64,000 bases of DNA, taken from the NCBI GenBank assembly GCA_037925075.1, contig JAXSNR010000001.1, positions 576,001 through 640,000 on the forward strand, in the 5' to 3' direction. This document shows, piece by piece, positions 1 to 8,719 of the stretch. Made by a program: the position numbers and the translations under genes. A model generated the notes under the pieces. The model was not told the origin of the DNA. It did no database searches and saw only the letters and a program-made list of their open reading frames with translations. Positions within the stretch are counted from its first letter, which is position 1; every line of letters starts with the position of its first letter. The stretch comes from Aquificaceae bacterium (lineage in GTDB: Bacteria; Aquificota; Aquificia; Aquificales; Aquificaceae).

Positions 1-1
1 A

Positions 2-874
2 GGTGACGCTCATATAACTCTTGCCTTTGCCCCAGAATTCAATCTCATCGCTGGCTATCAAAGGCTTCCCTTTAGCAGGCAAACCCTCAGCTCAGGGTAT
101 GCTGCCATAATACCAACTGGCTATGGATATGGTAGAGTTGCGGGCGGAGCACCCGTATTTGCTTCGGCTTCCATAGGTGCTGCGGGAGTTGGAGGTACTG
201 GCTCAAGAGATGCAGGTCTTTCTGTGATGAGCAACATAGGGAACGGTATGATAGTCTTCAGGGGTGGTGTGTTTGACGGTAGGTACGATAGCAGAGTAAT
301 AGGACAGACTGATGAAAGCCTTGCCCTTGCTTTTAGGGTGCAGTTTACACCCACCATGCTTGGCTACAAGGGCGAAACTGGGTATGCTATCAGCGATACA
401 TACCTTGGCACTCAAAACGTGCTAACCCTTGGCGTGGGTTACAACACTCAGAAGGACGAAAGGGCTTCTACGGGCAACACATGGAAGATGCTGAGCGTAG
501 ACCTCAACTGGGAGCAGAAGTTTGGCGATATAATACCCAACCTTCAAATAGGATACAACGACCTTAAGGACTACAACGGTGCTAGGGATGACGCCAGAGC
601 CTTCTGGGTACAGGGTCAACTGCTCTACAACCAAGTGGTGGGTCTTGGAAAGCCAGCCCTTGCACTCGGTTGGTTCTTCAGTGAACAAAAGCCTGCGGGT
701 GGTGGAGCAAAGCCCAAGGTCAACAGATATGCGGTATACTTTAACTACTACATAAAGGGCAATGCCGCCAAGGTACAAGCTGGTATAGATACCTTCCAAA
801 GGAACAGTACAGATAAGGGTGCAAACGGCAAAAACTACACCGACTTCACCCTTGCTCTCCAAACACAGTTCTAA
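2..874 (+). CDS. Outer-membrane porin (5'-truncated by window edge)
   Basis: Frame is open from position 2 (GDAHITLAFAPEFNLIAGYQRLPFSRQ...SRDAG). Alternating beta-strand pattern; C-terminal beta-signal ...FTLALQTQF. Confidence 0.75.
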   Translation, partial: GDAHITLAFAPEFNLIAGYQRLPFSRQTLSSGYAAIIPTGYGYGRVAGGAPVFASASIGAAGVGGTGSRDAGLSVMSNIGNGMIVFRGGVFDGRYDSRVIGQTDESLALAFRVQFTPTMLGYKGETGYAISDTYLGTQNVLTLGVGYNTQKDERASTGNTWKMLSVDLNWEQKFGDIIPNLQIGYNDLKDYNGARDDARAFWVQGQLLYNQVVGLGKPALALGWFFSEQKPAGGGAKPKVNRYAVYFNYYIKGNAAKVQAGIDTFQRNSTDKGANGKNYTDFTLALQTQF

Positions 875-889
875 GACCTCTTAAAAAGT

Positions 890-2194
890 CTAAGCCCCGC
901 TTTGTGCGGGGCTTTTTTCTTTGAAAAGAATTTCTAAAGCTTTTTCTTTCTCTTGTGTGTCTACTCTCAAAGAAAGAGTAGCCTTTGGCAAAAGGTAATG
1001 GGTCGCTATATGAATTATGTTGATATCCTTCAAATGCTCTATTAAATAGGACGCAAAGGCGTCTGGGATTTTCCAGAGTATAAGGTCTTTAATACCTTTG
1101 TTTTTTAAATCACTTGAGAGAGAATAAAGGACTTCAAATTCTGGTTTAACCACAAGGACTTCCTTTGCCTGCGGATAAAAGCCATGATATTCTTCTGGTT
1201 TTAACAAAAGTGCATTGCTTATATCCTGAGACAAAAGCCGGTAAATAGCTTCAAGCTCATCCACCATCTCTCCATAGAGGTATGCTATACCCTGCCTTCT
1301 GTCAAAGCTACCTAAGGGCATCATCCTTCCCCCTTCTAAGCTTTTCCTTTTTGGTAAAGGTGGCAAAAGAAGGGAGCCATAACCTATAAAGGTCAAAAAG
1401 CTATCCACTGGGTTTTCTACAGGTTCCCAGCTCAGGTGGTTTCTTGTCCAGTTTAAGCCCATGGGTAGTGGGCTTTCTACAAGCTTTAGATAGCCTTTTA
1501 CTCTTACTATGTTTTCGGGCAATCTTTTTAGGTAGTCTTCCATTTCATGCATGTGATAATAACCTTCTAACTTGACAGTAATTTGAGAAAACCTTTCCCT
1601 TGCGTGTATGGTTGGGTGGTTGCTCTGGGTCTTTTTTGGCTTTTCTCCTTCAAAAAAGGTAAAAAACTCCTCTTCTACCTTGCCTTCGTAAGATAAAAAC
1701 ATAGGCTTGTCTTTGATGTAATCCTCAAGCTGGGTTATGTCTTCTTCAAGGGCAAGATCACACCTGCTTGCAACCACGCAATGGCTATAGCTTATCTGCG
1801 ATAAAAAAAGGGGTTCCTTCTGAAGGGCTATCCAGCTGTCCGCAGGCACCACACACACCGCAAGATAGGAAGAAAAGCCAGAGCTTTCCATAGCTTGCAT
1901 AACTGGGTATGGGTCCGAAAGCCCTGAGGTTTCCACGACCAGAAGGTCTATATCTTTTAGGCTACTGATTACGCTTTCAAGTTCTCCAGCACTCTCACAA
2001 CAAAAGCATCCCCCCTCCACCCCCATAACCTTTAGACCCTTTTGGTAGTATGCTAACCTATCATAACTGATCTCGCCAAAGTCATTAACCACTATAGCCA
2101 ATCTCTTGTGTTTGTACCTTTCCACAAGGCTTTTTAGGACAAAGGTGGTTTTACCACCACCCAAAAAGCCCGTGACCAAAAGGGCTTGACGCAT
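890..2194 (-). CDS. COG0523/CobW-family G3E GTPase metallochaperone with extra C-terminal domain
   Basis: GFLGGGKTT Walker A, VNDFGE, GCFCC metal motif, VETSG Walker B, CobW_C-like RVKG; about 150 aa extension. Confidence 0.85.
   Translation of the reverse strand: MRQALLVTGFLGGGKTTFVLKSLVERYKHKRLAIVVNDFGEISYDRLAYYQKGLKVMGVEGGCFCCESAGELESVISSLKDIDLLVVETSGLSDPYPVMQAMESSGFSSYLAVCVVPADSWIALQKEPLFLSQISYSHCVVASRCDLALEEDITQLEDYIKDKPMFLSYEGKVEEEFFTFFEGEKPKKTQSNHPTIHARERFSQITVKLEGYYHMHEMEDYLKRLPENIVRVKGYLKLVESPLPMGLNWTRNHLSWEPVENPVDSFLTFIGYGSLLLPPLPKRKSLEGGRMMPLGSFDRRQGIAYLYGEMVDELEAIYRLLSQDISNALLLKPEEYHGFYPQAKEVLVVKPEFEVLYSLSSDLKNKGIKDLILWKIPDAFASYLIEHLKDINIIHIATHYLLPKATLSLRVDTQEKEKALEILFKEKSPAQSGA
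892..918 (+). terminator. Rho-independent terminator of the porin gene
   Basis: AAGCCCCGC-TTTGT-GCGGGGCTT followed by TTTT; overlaps the last codons of the convergent COG0523 gene. Confidence 0.85.
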
Positions 2195-3456
2195 TACACA
2201 AGGTAGGCTCTTCCTACCCTCTCAAAGACCTGATAGAAGTCCCTTACCACCTGTCCCTGTGCCTGCCCTGAGGGGGCGGTCTGTATCCTCTTTACTATCC
2301 CCCACTTTTCTGTATCCACCACAAACACACTATCAGCCACCCTGTTGGTTATGTACATCCTTTTGCCCACAAAAACCGCATGTCCCATGTGCTTGCCCAC
2401 CCCAGTATCCACCACCTTTATGGACTTTCTCTGTTGAAGGTCTATAACCTCAAACTTGGTATCTCCGTACTGGGTTATAACCGCATACCTTCCATCGGGT
2501 GTGATGTATGCATGCCCCACACCCTTTATCTCAGAGTTTATCTTTGCAACTTCCTTTCTTGTGTCCGCATCGTATATGGCTATTGTTGTTCCTTCAAAGG
2601 GACTTGCTCCCCTGTTGCAAAGTACAAAGAGTTTTCCATCGTTGGTAAAGTTTCCATGATGCCCTTCTATCCTTGCTAAATCTTGCTTTTCTAAAAGGTC
2701 AAGCTCGGGCTTTAGAATTCCCTTGTATATGGGAGATGCTGGGTCCGAAACATCATAGATATAAACATTAGGAGCGGACATACCACCCTTGGGCTTGTTA
2801 AACTCCACAGTAACCCAAAGCTCCTTACCCCTCCAATCAAAGTAATGGGGATTTCCAGAAACAGAGACCTCCCTTATAACCTTCCCATCCCTTCCAATCA
2901 AATAAAACTTATTGTCCGCATAATTGCCTATGGCATAAATCCTTCCATCGGGAGACCATGAACCGTGCATGGTAAAGTCTCCCTTATGCTCTTTGTTTGC
3001 AACAGGCAGGCTAACAGTGGCGACTATTTGGTTATTGGAAGTGCTTATAAAAACAACCCTTACTCCTTCTCCGTCAAGCCCAGAATGATTGACCGCCACA
3101 AGGGCACCATCCGGAGAAATAACAGGATGCTTGGGCCTGTTTCCAGTCTCAAGGTTTTTGACCAGCTCAAGCCTTTGGGCGTCTATTATGCTAACTGTTC
3201 TGTTATTTGGTGCATTGTTGGCAACATAGAGAAATCTACCATCTTTTGAGATAGAGCCAAGAGTCCCACCCTTTCCACCCGTTTCTATAACCTTGACGAT
3301 TTCATCCTTCACAGGGTCAATAACAACCACCTTTCCATCTCCCCTTAAAGCAAAAAGGGGCATGTTTTGAGATGCATAAACCACCCTGTTAAGACCAAGA
3401 AGCAAGTAAGCCCCACCAAAACCTGCGGACACAAGCAATTCTCTTCTTGTTAGCAT
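2194..3456 (-). CDS. Tat-exported YncE/YVTN-type beta-propeller protein, His-rich
   Basis: Start MLTRRELLVSAG (twin-Arg) behind an AGGAGGTG RBS; repeated SPDG/TPDG-xLYV blade motifs. Confidence 0.8.
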   Translation of the reverse strand: MLTRRELLVSAGFGGAYLLLGLNRVVYASQNMPLFALRGDGKVVVIDPVKDEIVKVIETGGKGGTLGSISKDGRFLYVANNAPNNRTVSIIDAQRLELVKNLETGNRPKHPVISPDGALVAVNHSGLDGEGVRVVFISTSNNQIVATVSLPVANKEHKGDFTMHGSWSPDGRIYAIGNYADNKFYLIGRDGKVIREVSVSGNPHYFDWRGKELWVTVEFNKPKGGMSAPNVYIYDVSDPASPIYKGILKPELDLLEKQDLARIEGHHGNFTNDGKLFVLCNRGASPFEGTTIAIYDADTRKEVAKINSEIKGVGHAYITPDGRYAVITQYGDTKFEVIDLQQRKSIKVVDTGVGKHMGHAVFVGKRMYITNRVADSVFVVDTEKWGIVKRIQTAPSGQAQGQVVRDFYQVFERVGRAYLV

Positions 3457-3535
3457 TTTTTCACCTCCTAAGAGTTTTGAAGTTATTTTAAAGGCTTTAA
3501 ATTGGCAATTCAATAATTTTTACTTATAAAATCCA

Positions 3536-4825
3536 TCAAATGTATTTATTTAAGCTATTTCTTATATTCAAAAGACTTGAAAAAAGGTAAAGCAAAAAAG
3601 CCAATCCAGAAGTAAAAGCAAAGGCACTCTTTAAAGAAAGATAAAAAGCCATACGCAGGTCAAAGAAGGAAAAAATCTTCACACACCACAAAACACACTT
3701 ACCCATAAGCTCCAAGGGAAAGGTAGGAAGGCTAAAAAAGGTTATAAGCTCTAAAACACCATAGGCGGTAAAGGGAAAAAGCATATATCCCACCACTGGG
3801 CTAAAAGGAATACTGCCAAAGCTTGTATGGGTAAAGGAAAGCAAAAGGGGAGAAACTCCAAGAAAGGCAAAAAGGGAAACTCCAAAGGGTAAAAGTACAT
3901 ACCTGTAAAGCTTGGAATCCTTTTCTGGCAAAAGCCTTAGACCAAGGATTATGTAAAGGGTTGCAAAAAAGGAAAGCCAGAAGGAAAAGGATTGAGAAAA
4001 CTCGGGCTTTAGAAGAAGCAAAAAAGAGCCAGAAAAGAGCAAAATGCCAAGGGAGTTGGGCCTTCCTTCAAAGAGTCTTACAAAAACCCAAAGCAAAAGC
4101 ATAAGCCAAGCCCTCAGAACGGGAGCTTCCTTAGGGACCAGTAAAAGCACATAAAGGCTTGTGCCAAAAGCACCCAGTAAAAGACCATAGGGATAGGGAA
4201 GTAGATACCTAAGGATGAGAAAGACCATACCCACATGAAAGCCGGAGATAACCAGAAGATGCACAAGCCCAGTTTTTGTGAAGTAGTACTGAAGGTCTTG
4301 GGGAAGGCTTTCACGGGCTTCGCCAAGAAGGTAAGTTAGCACAAGGGCTTTTACCTCTTCATCCTTTATCTTTTCTTCTATGCGGTCTATGTAGGCCTTC
4401 CTTAAACTCCCTTGTGAAATAAAACCCTTTATGTCCTTGTAGCTACCGGAGATAAAAAGTTTCCCATCTTCTGCCTTTACCTTCCCATAAAGGATGAAAG
4501 AACTTAGCGGAAGGTCCTTAAGTCCATAAATCTTTACAAAGGCAAGCTTTCCGTAAATCTCCGGAAAATCTCCACCCACAACCTTTGCCTTAAGGGTAAG
4601 CCCACTGTCAGTTTCTACAGGCACTCCCGCAAGCTTAAGATAGACTTTTCCCCCCTCTTCAAACCATAGATATCTGTTTTCTCCTTCTGTCCTCCAAAGG
4701 CTAAAGACAAGCACCGCAAGAAAAAGGGCAAACTGTAAAAGCTCACCCTTTTCTGGCAAGGAGAAGATAGACCAATCCAAAAAGCCTTTTTTGGACCTCC
4801 ACCACCTCAAAGCCCTCCTCCTCAA
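3536..4825 (-). CDS. comEC: ComEC/Rec2 competence membrane protein (no MBL domain; true start probably downstream of 4825)
   Basis: TGLVHLLVISGFHVG, PVLRA and SFSFWLSF motifs; many TM segments. Confidence 0.8.
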   Translation of the reverse strand: MRRRALRWWRSKKGFLDWSIFSLPEKGELLQFALFLAVLVFSLWRTEGENRYLWFEEGGKVYLKLAGVPVETDSGLTLKAKVVGGDFPEIYGKLAFVKIYGLKDLPLSSFILYGKVKAEDGKLFISGSYKDIKGFISQGSLRKAYIDRIEEKIKDEEVKALVLTYLLGEARESLPQDLQYYFTKTGLVHLLVISGFHVGMVFLILRYLLPYPYGLLLGAFGTSLYVLLLVPKEAPVLRAWLMLLLWVFVRLFEGRPNSLGILLFSGSFLLLLKPEFSQSFSFWLSFFATLYIILGLRLLPEKDSKLYRYVLLPFGVSLFAFLGVSPLLLSFTHTSFGSIPFSPVVGYMLFPFTAYGVLELITFFSLPTFPLELMGKCVLWCVKIFSFFDLRMAFYLSLKSAFAFTSGLAFLLYLFSSLLNIRNSLNKYI

Positions 4826-5396
4826 GCTCCCTTTTCACCTCCCGAAGGCTAAGGGAGTTCTCCAAAGAATGGATAAAAAAGTCCCACTTTTCCCTGCCAA
4901 AGAGAAAGAGCCCTATGGGCTTTAGTGGATATTTCATAAGGAAGATAAGAAGGGGAGTAAGAGCAAAGCGGTTTATGTCAAGCATTGCAAGCTCTCCACC
5001 CTTTGACAAGGTCCTCCTTGCCTCCTTTAAAAAAGCCCTCCTGTCCAAAAGATGCCTATATACAAGGGAAAGGCTTATGGAGCCAAAGGTGTTATCCTTG
5101 AAGGGCATATTTTCCGCATCAGCGACCAAAAACTTACAAGCCTTACACTTGGACCTTGCCAGCCTTAGCATTTCAAGAGAAAGGTCTATACCCACCCTAA
5201 GACCCCTATTTTGGGACCTCAGCAAGACCTCACCGGTGCCTGTACCCACATCAAGCCTGTTTCCCTCTGGGCTTAGCATACTCAAAAGGTCTCTCTGCCA
5301 GCGGTCAATCCTTTTGAAGGTTATAAGGTTTAGAAAAAGGTCGTACTTCTTGCTTACGGAAGAAAAAACCTCTCCAACAGTCTTTTTAGTTATCAT
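4743..5396 (-). CDS. ubiE: UbiE/MenG-family quinone C-methyltransferase
   Basis: VFSSVSKKYD, LDVGTGTG SAM-binding motif, ADAENMPF. Confidence 0.75.
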   Translation of the reverse strand: MITKKTVGEVFSSVSKKYDLFLNLITFKRIDRWQRDLLSMLSPEGNRLDVGTGTGEVLLRSQNRGLRVGIDLSLEMLRLARSKCKACKFLVADAENMPFKDNTFGSISLSLVYRHLLDRRAFLKEARRTLSKGGELAMLDINRFALTPLLIFLMKYPLKPIGLFLFGREKWDFFIHSLENSLSLREVKRELEEEGFEVVEVQKRLFGLVYLLLARKG

Positions 5397-6162
5397 AAAC
5401 TACAAGCACCTGCGGATACCTATCCTGTAAGCCCTCTGAAATAGAAACCCCTACAACCATAGGAAGGGTCTCCATGTTATAGACCTTTGATAAAATTTCA
5501 GCCCTTTTGAGAGCCCTTTGTGCGGTCTTATCTTCAAGAGTATTAGACACCTCAACCGCAAGAAGCAAATCCCTACCATCTTCGGACCTTACCTTTATTA
5601 GTGCGTCAAGGTTTAGGGCGGATGTCCTTTCTTCTTGGGTTATAAGGCCATTGTCTAAGGCGGTTTCCAGCTTTTCTGACCACTCTTCTATGGGAATTGC
5701 CCTAACCCTTCTAAAATACCTCCCAAAGTAGGCAGGTGCCCGCTCTCTAACCTTTCTTTCAAGGCTGTCTCCCTTTAACCTTCCCACATCCACCTCCAGC
5801 TTGCTTACTTTATTTTTAAGTATGGCTACATCTCTTTCAAGCCTATTATAACCTTCTTCTAACCTTTTCTGACCCTCCTCCAACCTGCTGTAGGCTTCCT
5901 CAAGCCTTTTTTGACCTTCTTCCAGCCTGTTGTAGCCCTCCTCCAGTCTTTTCTGTCCTTCTTCCAACCTTTCCACACGCTTTGCCAATGGTCTAAACTC
6001 TTCTTCTACGAACTTGTCAAACTTCTGGGGTAGCTTTAAAAGTTCTTCGGTTAGCAACAGAGATAGTAGTTGTTGAGCCCAGTCGGGGTGTTCTCTCAGT
6101 GCCTGTAGGATATCGTAAAAGCTTCTTATGATGTACTCCTTTTGCTTTTCCTCTATGGCCAT
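5386..6162 (-). CDS. Coiled-coil protein with C-terminal PD-(D/E)XK-like domain
   Basis: Heptad repeats, then GRLKG-x-LE...LDAL...AVEVS...RA-x-L. Confidence 0.6.
   Translation of the reverse strand: MAIEEKQKEYIIRSFYDILQALREHPDWAQQLLSLLLTEELLKLPQKFDKFVEEEFRPLAKRVERLEEGQKRLEEGYNRLEEGQKRLEEAYSRLEEGQKRLEEGYNRLERDVAILKNKVSKLEVDVGRLKGDSLERKVRERAPAYFGRYFRRVRAIPIEEWSEKLETALDNGLITQEERTSALNLDALIKVRSEDGRDLLLAVEVSNTLEDKTAQRALKRAEILSKVYNMETLPMVVGVSISEGLQDRYPQVLVVYDN
5845..5970 (-). repeat. Six degenerate 21-nt coding tandem repeats
   Basis: Encode RLEEGQK/RLEEGYN/RLEEGQK/RLEEAYS/RLEEGQK/RLEEGYN. Confidence 0.85.
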
Positions 6163-6192
6163 AACATAGAATATTCTAAGACTTTTCTTACC

Positions 6193-6798
6193 TTAGGCAA
6201 TTATCTCCGCAAAGGTCAGCATCCTCTTTTGGGTTTTGTCCCTTCTGTAGGAGGGTAGGCTATGATGGCATACGGTGCATACTCCATACTGAAAAAGTCT
6301 TTTTATTCCGTACTTTTTTAGCCTTAAAATCACCTCCCCCTGTGTGTCCATGTAGGTCTTTTGATTTCTGAGGTGAAGACTAACAAAATGCTCTCTGAAC
6401 TCCTCCCCCACTTCATAACAACAGGCTTTGGCGGAAGGTCCCACAAAGGCGAAAAAGTCTTCAAGTCCCTCAAGGCTTGAGAGCATCTGAAGGGTCTTTT
6501 CCACTATGCCTTCCTTTATCCCCCTCCAACCTGCATGAATCACTGCTACCGTCTCTTTTCCCAAAAAGGCAACGGGTACACAGTCTGCGGTCTTTACACC
6601 TATTTTCAGACCCTTCTTCTGTGTTATTATTCCGTCTCCCTCAAGGCTCTCCACAAGGTCCTCAAGCAAGAAAACCTTTGAAGAATGCACCTGTTTAAGG
6701 GTTAGAACATCCTTGTCTTCTTCGTAGGGTTTTAAAACTATCCTTGCCCTCTGGGTTTGAAAAGAAAACATAAAAGCCTTTTCCTCAAGCCCTTTCAC
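6193..6798 (-). CDS. pgeF: YfiH/PgeF laccase-domain protein (purine nucleoside phosphorylase)
   Basis: LKQVHS, KTADCVP, HAGWRG, GPSA-x-CCYEV, SYRR motifs. Confidence 0.85.
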   Translation of the reverse strand: MKGLEEKAFMFSFQTQRARIVLKPYEEDKDVLTLKQVHSSKVFLLEDLVESLEGDGIITQKKGLKIGVKTADCVPVAFLGKETVAVIHAGWRGIKEGIVEKTLQMLSSLEGLEDFFAFVGPSAKACCYEVGEEFREHFVSLHLRNQKTYMDTQGEVILRLKKYGIKRLFQYGVCTVCHHSLPSYRRDKTQKRMLTFAEIIA

Positions 6799-6838
6799 CT
6801 TAATAAAATCTTAACATCCACCAATTAGAATAAAAGGC

Positions 6839-7279
6839 ATGAAGGTAGCCTTTATATGCACTGGTAATTCCGCAAGGAGTCAGATGGCGGAGGGCTTTGC
6901 CAAAAGGCTTGCTGAGGTTCTAGGTCTAAACATTCAAGTGTACTCCGCTGGTTCAAACCCAGCACAGGAAATAAACCCTCTTGCGGTGGAGGTTATGAAG
7001 GAAAAGGGTATAGAACTATCCTCTCAAAGACCAAAGGGTCTTGAAGCCATACCTTACCGAGAGCTTGACCTTGTTATAACCCTGTGCGACAGTGCAAGGC
7101 AGACATGCCCTGTGGTGCCGGGAGTTCAAATGATCCACTGGGACCTTCGGGACCCAGCAGGCTTTGAAGGCACCTTAGAAGAAAGGCTTGAGTTTTTTAG
7201 AAGGGTCAGGGATGAAATAGAAGAAAAGGTTTGGGACCTTTTGCAAAGCTTACAGCTCAGGAAGATAAACTCCTATTAG
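6839..7279 (+). CDS. arsC: Thioredoxin-coupled arsenate reductase (LMW-PTP fold)
   Basis: CTGNSARSQMAE P-loop, TLCD...CP Cys pair, HW-x-DP. Confidence 0.85.
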   Translation: MKVAFICTGNSARSQMAEGFAKRLAEVLGLNIQVYSAGSNPAQEINPLAVEVMKEKGIELSSQRPKGLEAIPYRELDLVITLCDSARQTCPVVPGVQMIHWDLRDPAGFEGTLEERLEFFRRVRDEIEEKVWDLLQSLQLRKINSY

Positions 7280-7304
7280 CTCTCAGGGTGCTTGGCTTAT
7301 AAGT

Positions 7305-7736
7305 ATGATAAACTTTCCCACAATCATGGAATTTTTCTACTATTGTAGCCTTACAGCACCTGTAGAATTGGTAAAAGACTTCTTTAAAACCTCGGGCAAT
7401 CTCACAAAGATAACTCCCTTATCTTTTCTTTTTAAGATTGACCCACAAGAAGACCTGAAGGAAGGCATGGTGATTAAGGTAAAGTTTCTTGGCTTTACGC
7501 TTATGGAAAGTCTTATAAGGGATGTAAACCCTTTTGGCTTTACCGATTTGGCTCTTAAAAAGCCCTTTTTCATAAAACACTGGAAGCACAGGCACATACT
7601 TGTACCAAAAGGACCTTCAACCGTAATAGAAGACCATCTTACTGTGGAAAGCCCTCTACCAGATGCCTTGCTAAGACCAATCCTTAGGTTTATCTTTCAC
7701 CACAGATGCAAGAGCTTAAAAAGAATACTAACATAG
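7305..7736 (+). CDS. SRPBCC-family protein
   Basis: FF...NL-x-ITP, F-x-D...KPFF..W-x-H-x-H pattern. Confidence 0.65.
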   Translation: MINFPTIMEFFYYCSLTAPVELVKDFFKTSGNLTKITPLSFLFKIDPQEDLKEGMVIKVKFLGFTLMESLIRDVNPFGFTDLALKKPFFIKHWKHRHILVPKGPSTVIEDHLTVESPLPDALLRPILRFIFHHRCKSLKRILT

Positions 7737-8173
7737 AACCGCAAACCTTTGCACTTTTGGGTACTCTTTTGCTTCCTCTTGGTGGTATGCACGAGGTTTT
7801 TGCACTTTTTGGAGGGCTTGCCCTTATGTATGGAATGTCTGGGCTTTTGGATAGGGCTTCTCTTGGAGAGCTTAAAAAAACCTTTGGCGTGGGTCTTTTG
7901 CTTGCCATAGTAGGTGGGCTTTGGGCAAAACATGTGCTTGACTCCCATGGCTTTGAGGTAAAGAGGCTTCTTATAACCGCTTTTGTCTCTGGCTTGGGAC
8001 TTTACCTTCAGTCAAGGTGCTACGGTGCTTTGGCACGGATAAGCAAAAAGGACCTTCTTGATTTGGGTGGTATTCTTCTTGTGGTGGGCTCTGCCACCTT
8101 TTGGTTTTATGTGGGTTTTTTACCTTTGGTGCTTGGCGTTGTTTTTATAGCCTATTCCTTCTGGAGGTGGTAG
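7706..8173 (+). CDS. Hypothetical integral membrane protein
   Basis: 155 aa, several hydrophobic helices, tightly packed in the operon. Confidence 0.6.
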   Translation: MQELKKNTNIEPQTFALLGTLLLPLGGMHEVFALFGGLALMYGMSGLLDRASLGELKKTFGVGLLLAIVGGLWAKHVLDSHGFEVKRLLITAFVSGLGLYLQSRCYGALARISKKDLLDLGGILLVVGSATFWFYVGFLPLVLGVVFIAYSFWRW

Positions 8174-8174
8174 C

Positions 8175-8678
8175 ATGAAGGAGTTTTTGATAAAGGTACT
8201 TGCCTTGCTTGGGATTGCTCAGGCGGGTCTTAACCTTCAAGAGGGTCAGCAAGCATACCCTTTTAGCCTAAAAAATCAGGATGGAAGGGTGGTCAACCTT
8301 TCGGACTACAAGGGCAGGTGGGTGGTGCTTTACTTTTATCCAAAGGCGGACACACCGGGATGCACCATGCAGGCAAAGGAGTACACACGGCTCATGCCAG
8401 AGTTTGAAAAGCTAAAGGTAAAGGTTTTTGGCATAAGCACCGACAACGTGGAAGGCATAAGGAAATTCAGAGAAAAGTACAACCTATCTGTGGAGTTTCT
8501 CTCAGACCCAAAGGGTAGCGTGGCAAAAGCCTACGGCGTGACGGTGATAGCGGGTTTTTGTTCAAGGGATACGGTGATCATAAACCCAGAGCTAAGGGTA
8601 GAAAAGATATACAGGGGCGTGGACCCATCCGCAGACCCAAGCAAGGTTTTAGATTACCTGAAAAACAAAGTAAAATAA
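8175..8678 (+). CDS. bcp: Bcp-type peroxiredoxin with signal peptide
   Basis: LYFYPKADTPGCT motif; N-terminal hydrophobic signal ending AQA. Confidence 0.85.
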   Translation: MKEFLIKVLALLGIAQAGLNLQEGQQAYPFSLKNQDGRVVNLSDYKGRWVVLYFYPKADTPGCTMQAKEYTRLMPEFEKLKVKVFGISTDNVEGIRKFREKYNLSVEFLSDPKGSVAKAYGVTVIAGFCSRDTVIINPELRVEKIYRGVDPSADPSKVLDYLKNKVK

Positions 8679-8719
8679 AACTCTTGAATTTAACATAGTC
8701 AGACCCACATACTTAATCT

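Noticed and set aside
5845..5970. CRISPR-like repeats
   Set aside because: Degenerate in-frame 21-nt coding repeats without spacers; no cas genes in the window.
8684..8719. CueR/CsoR operator upstream of copA
   Set aside because: Promoter-like boxes are present but there is no convincing inverted repeat.
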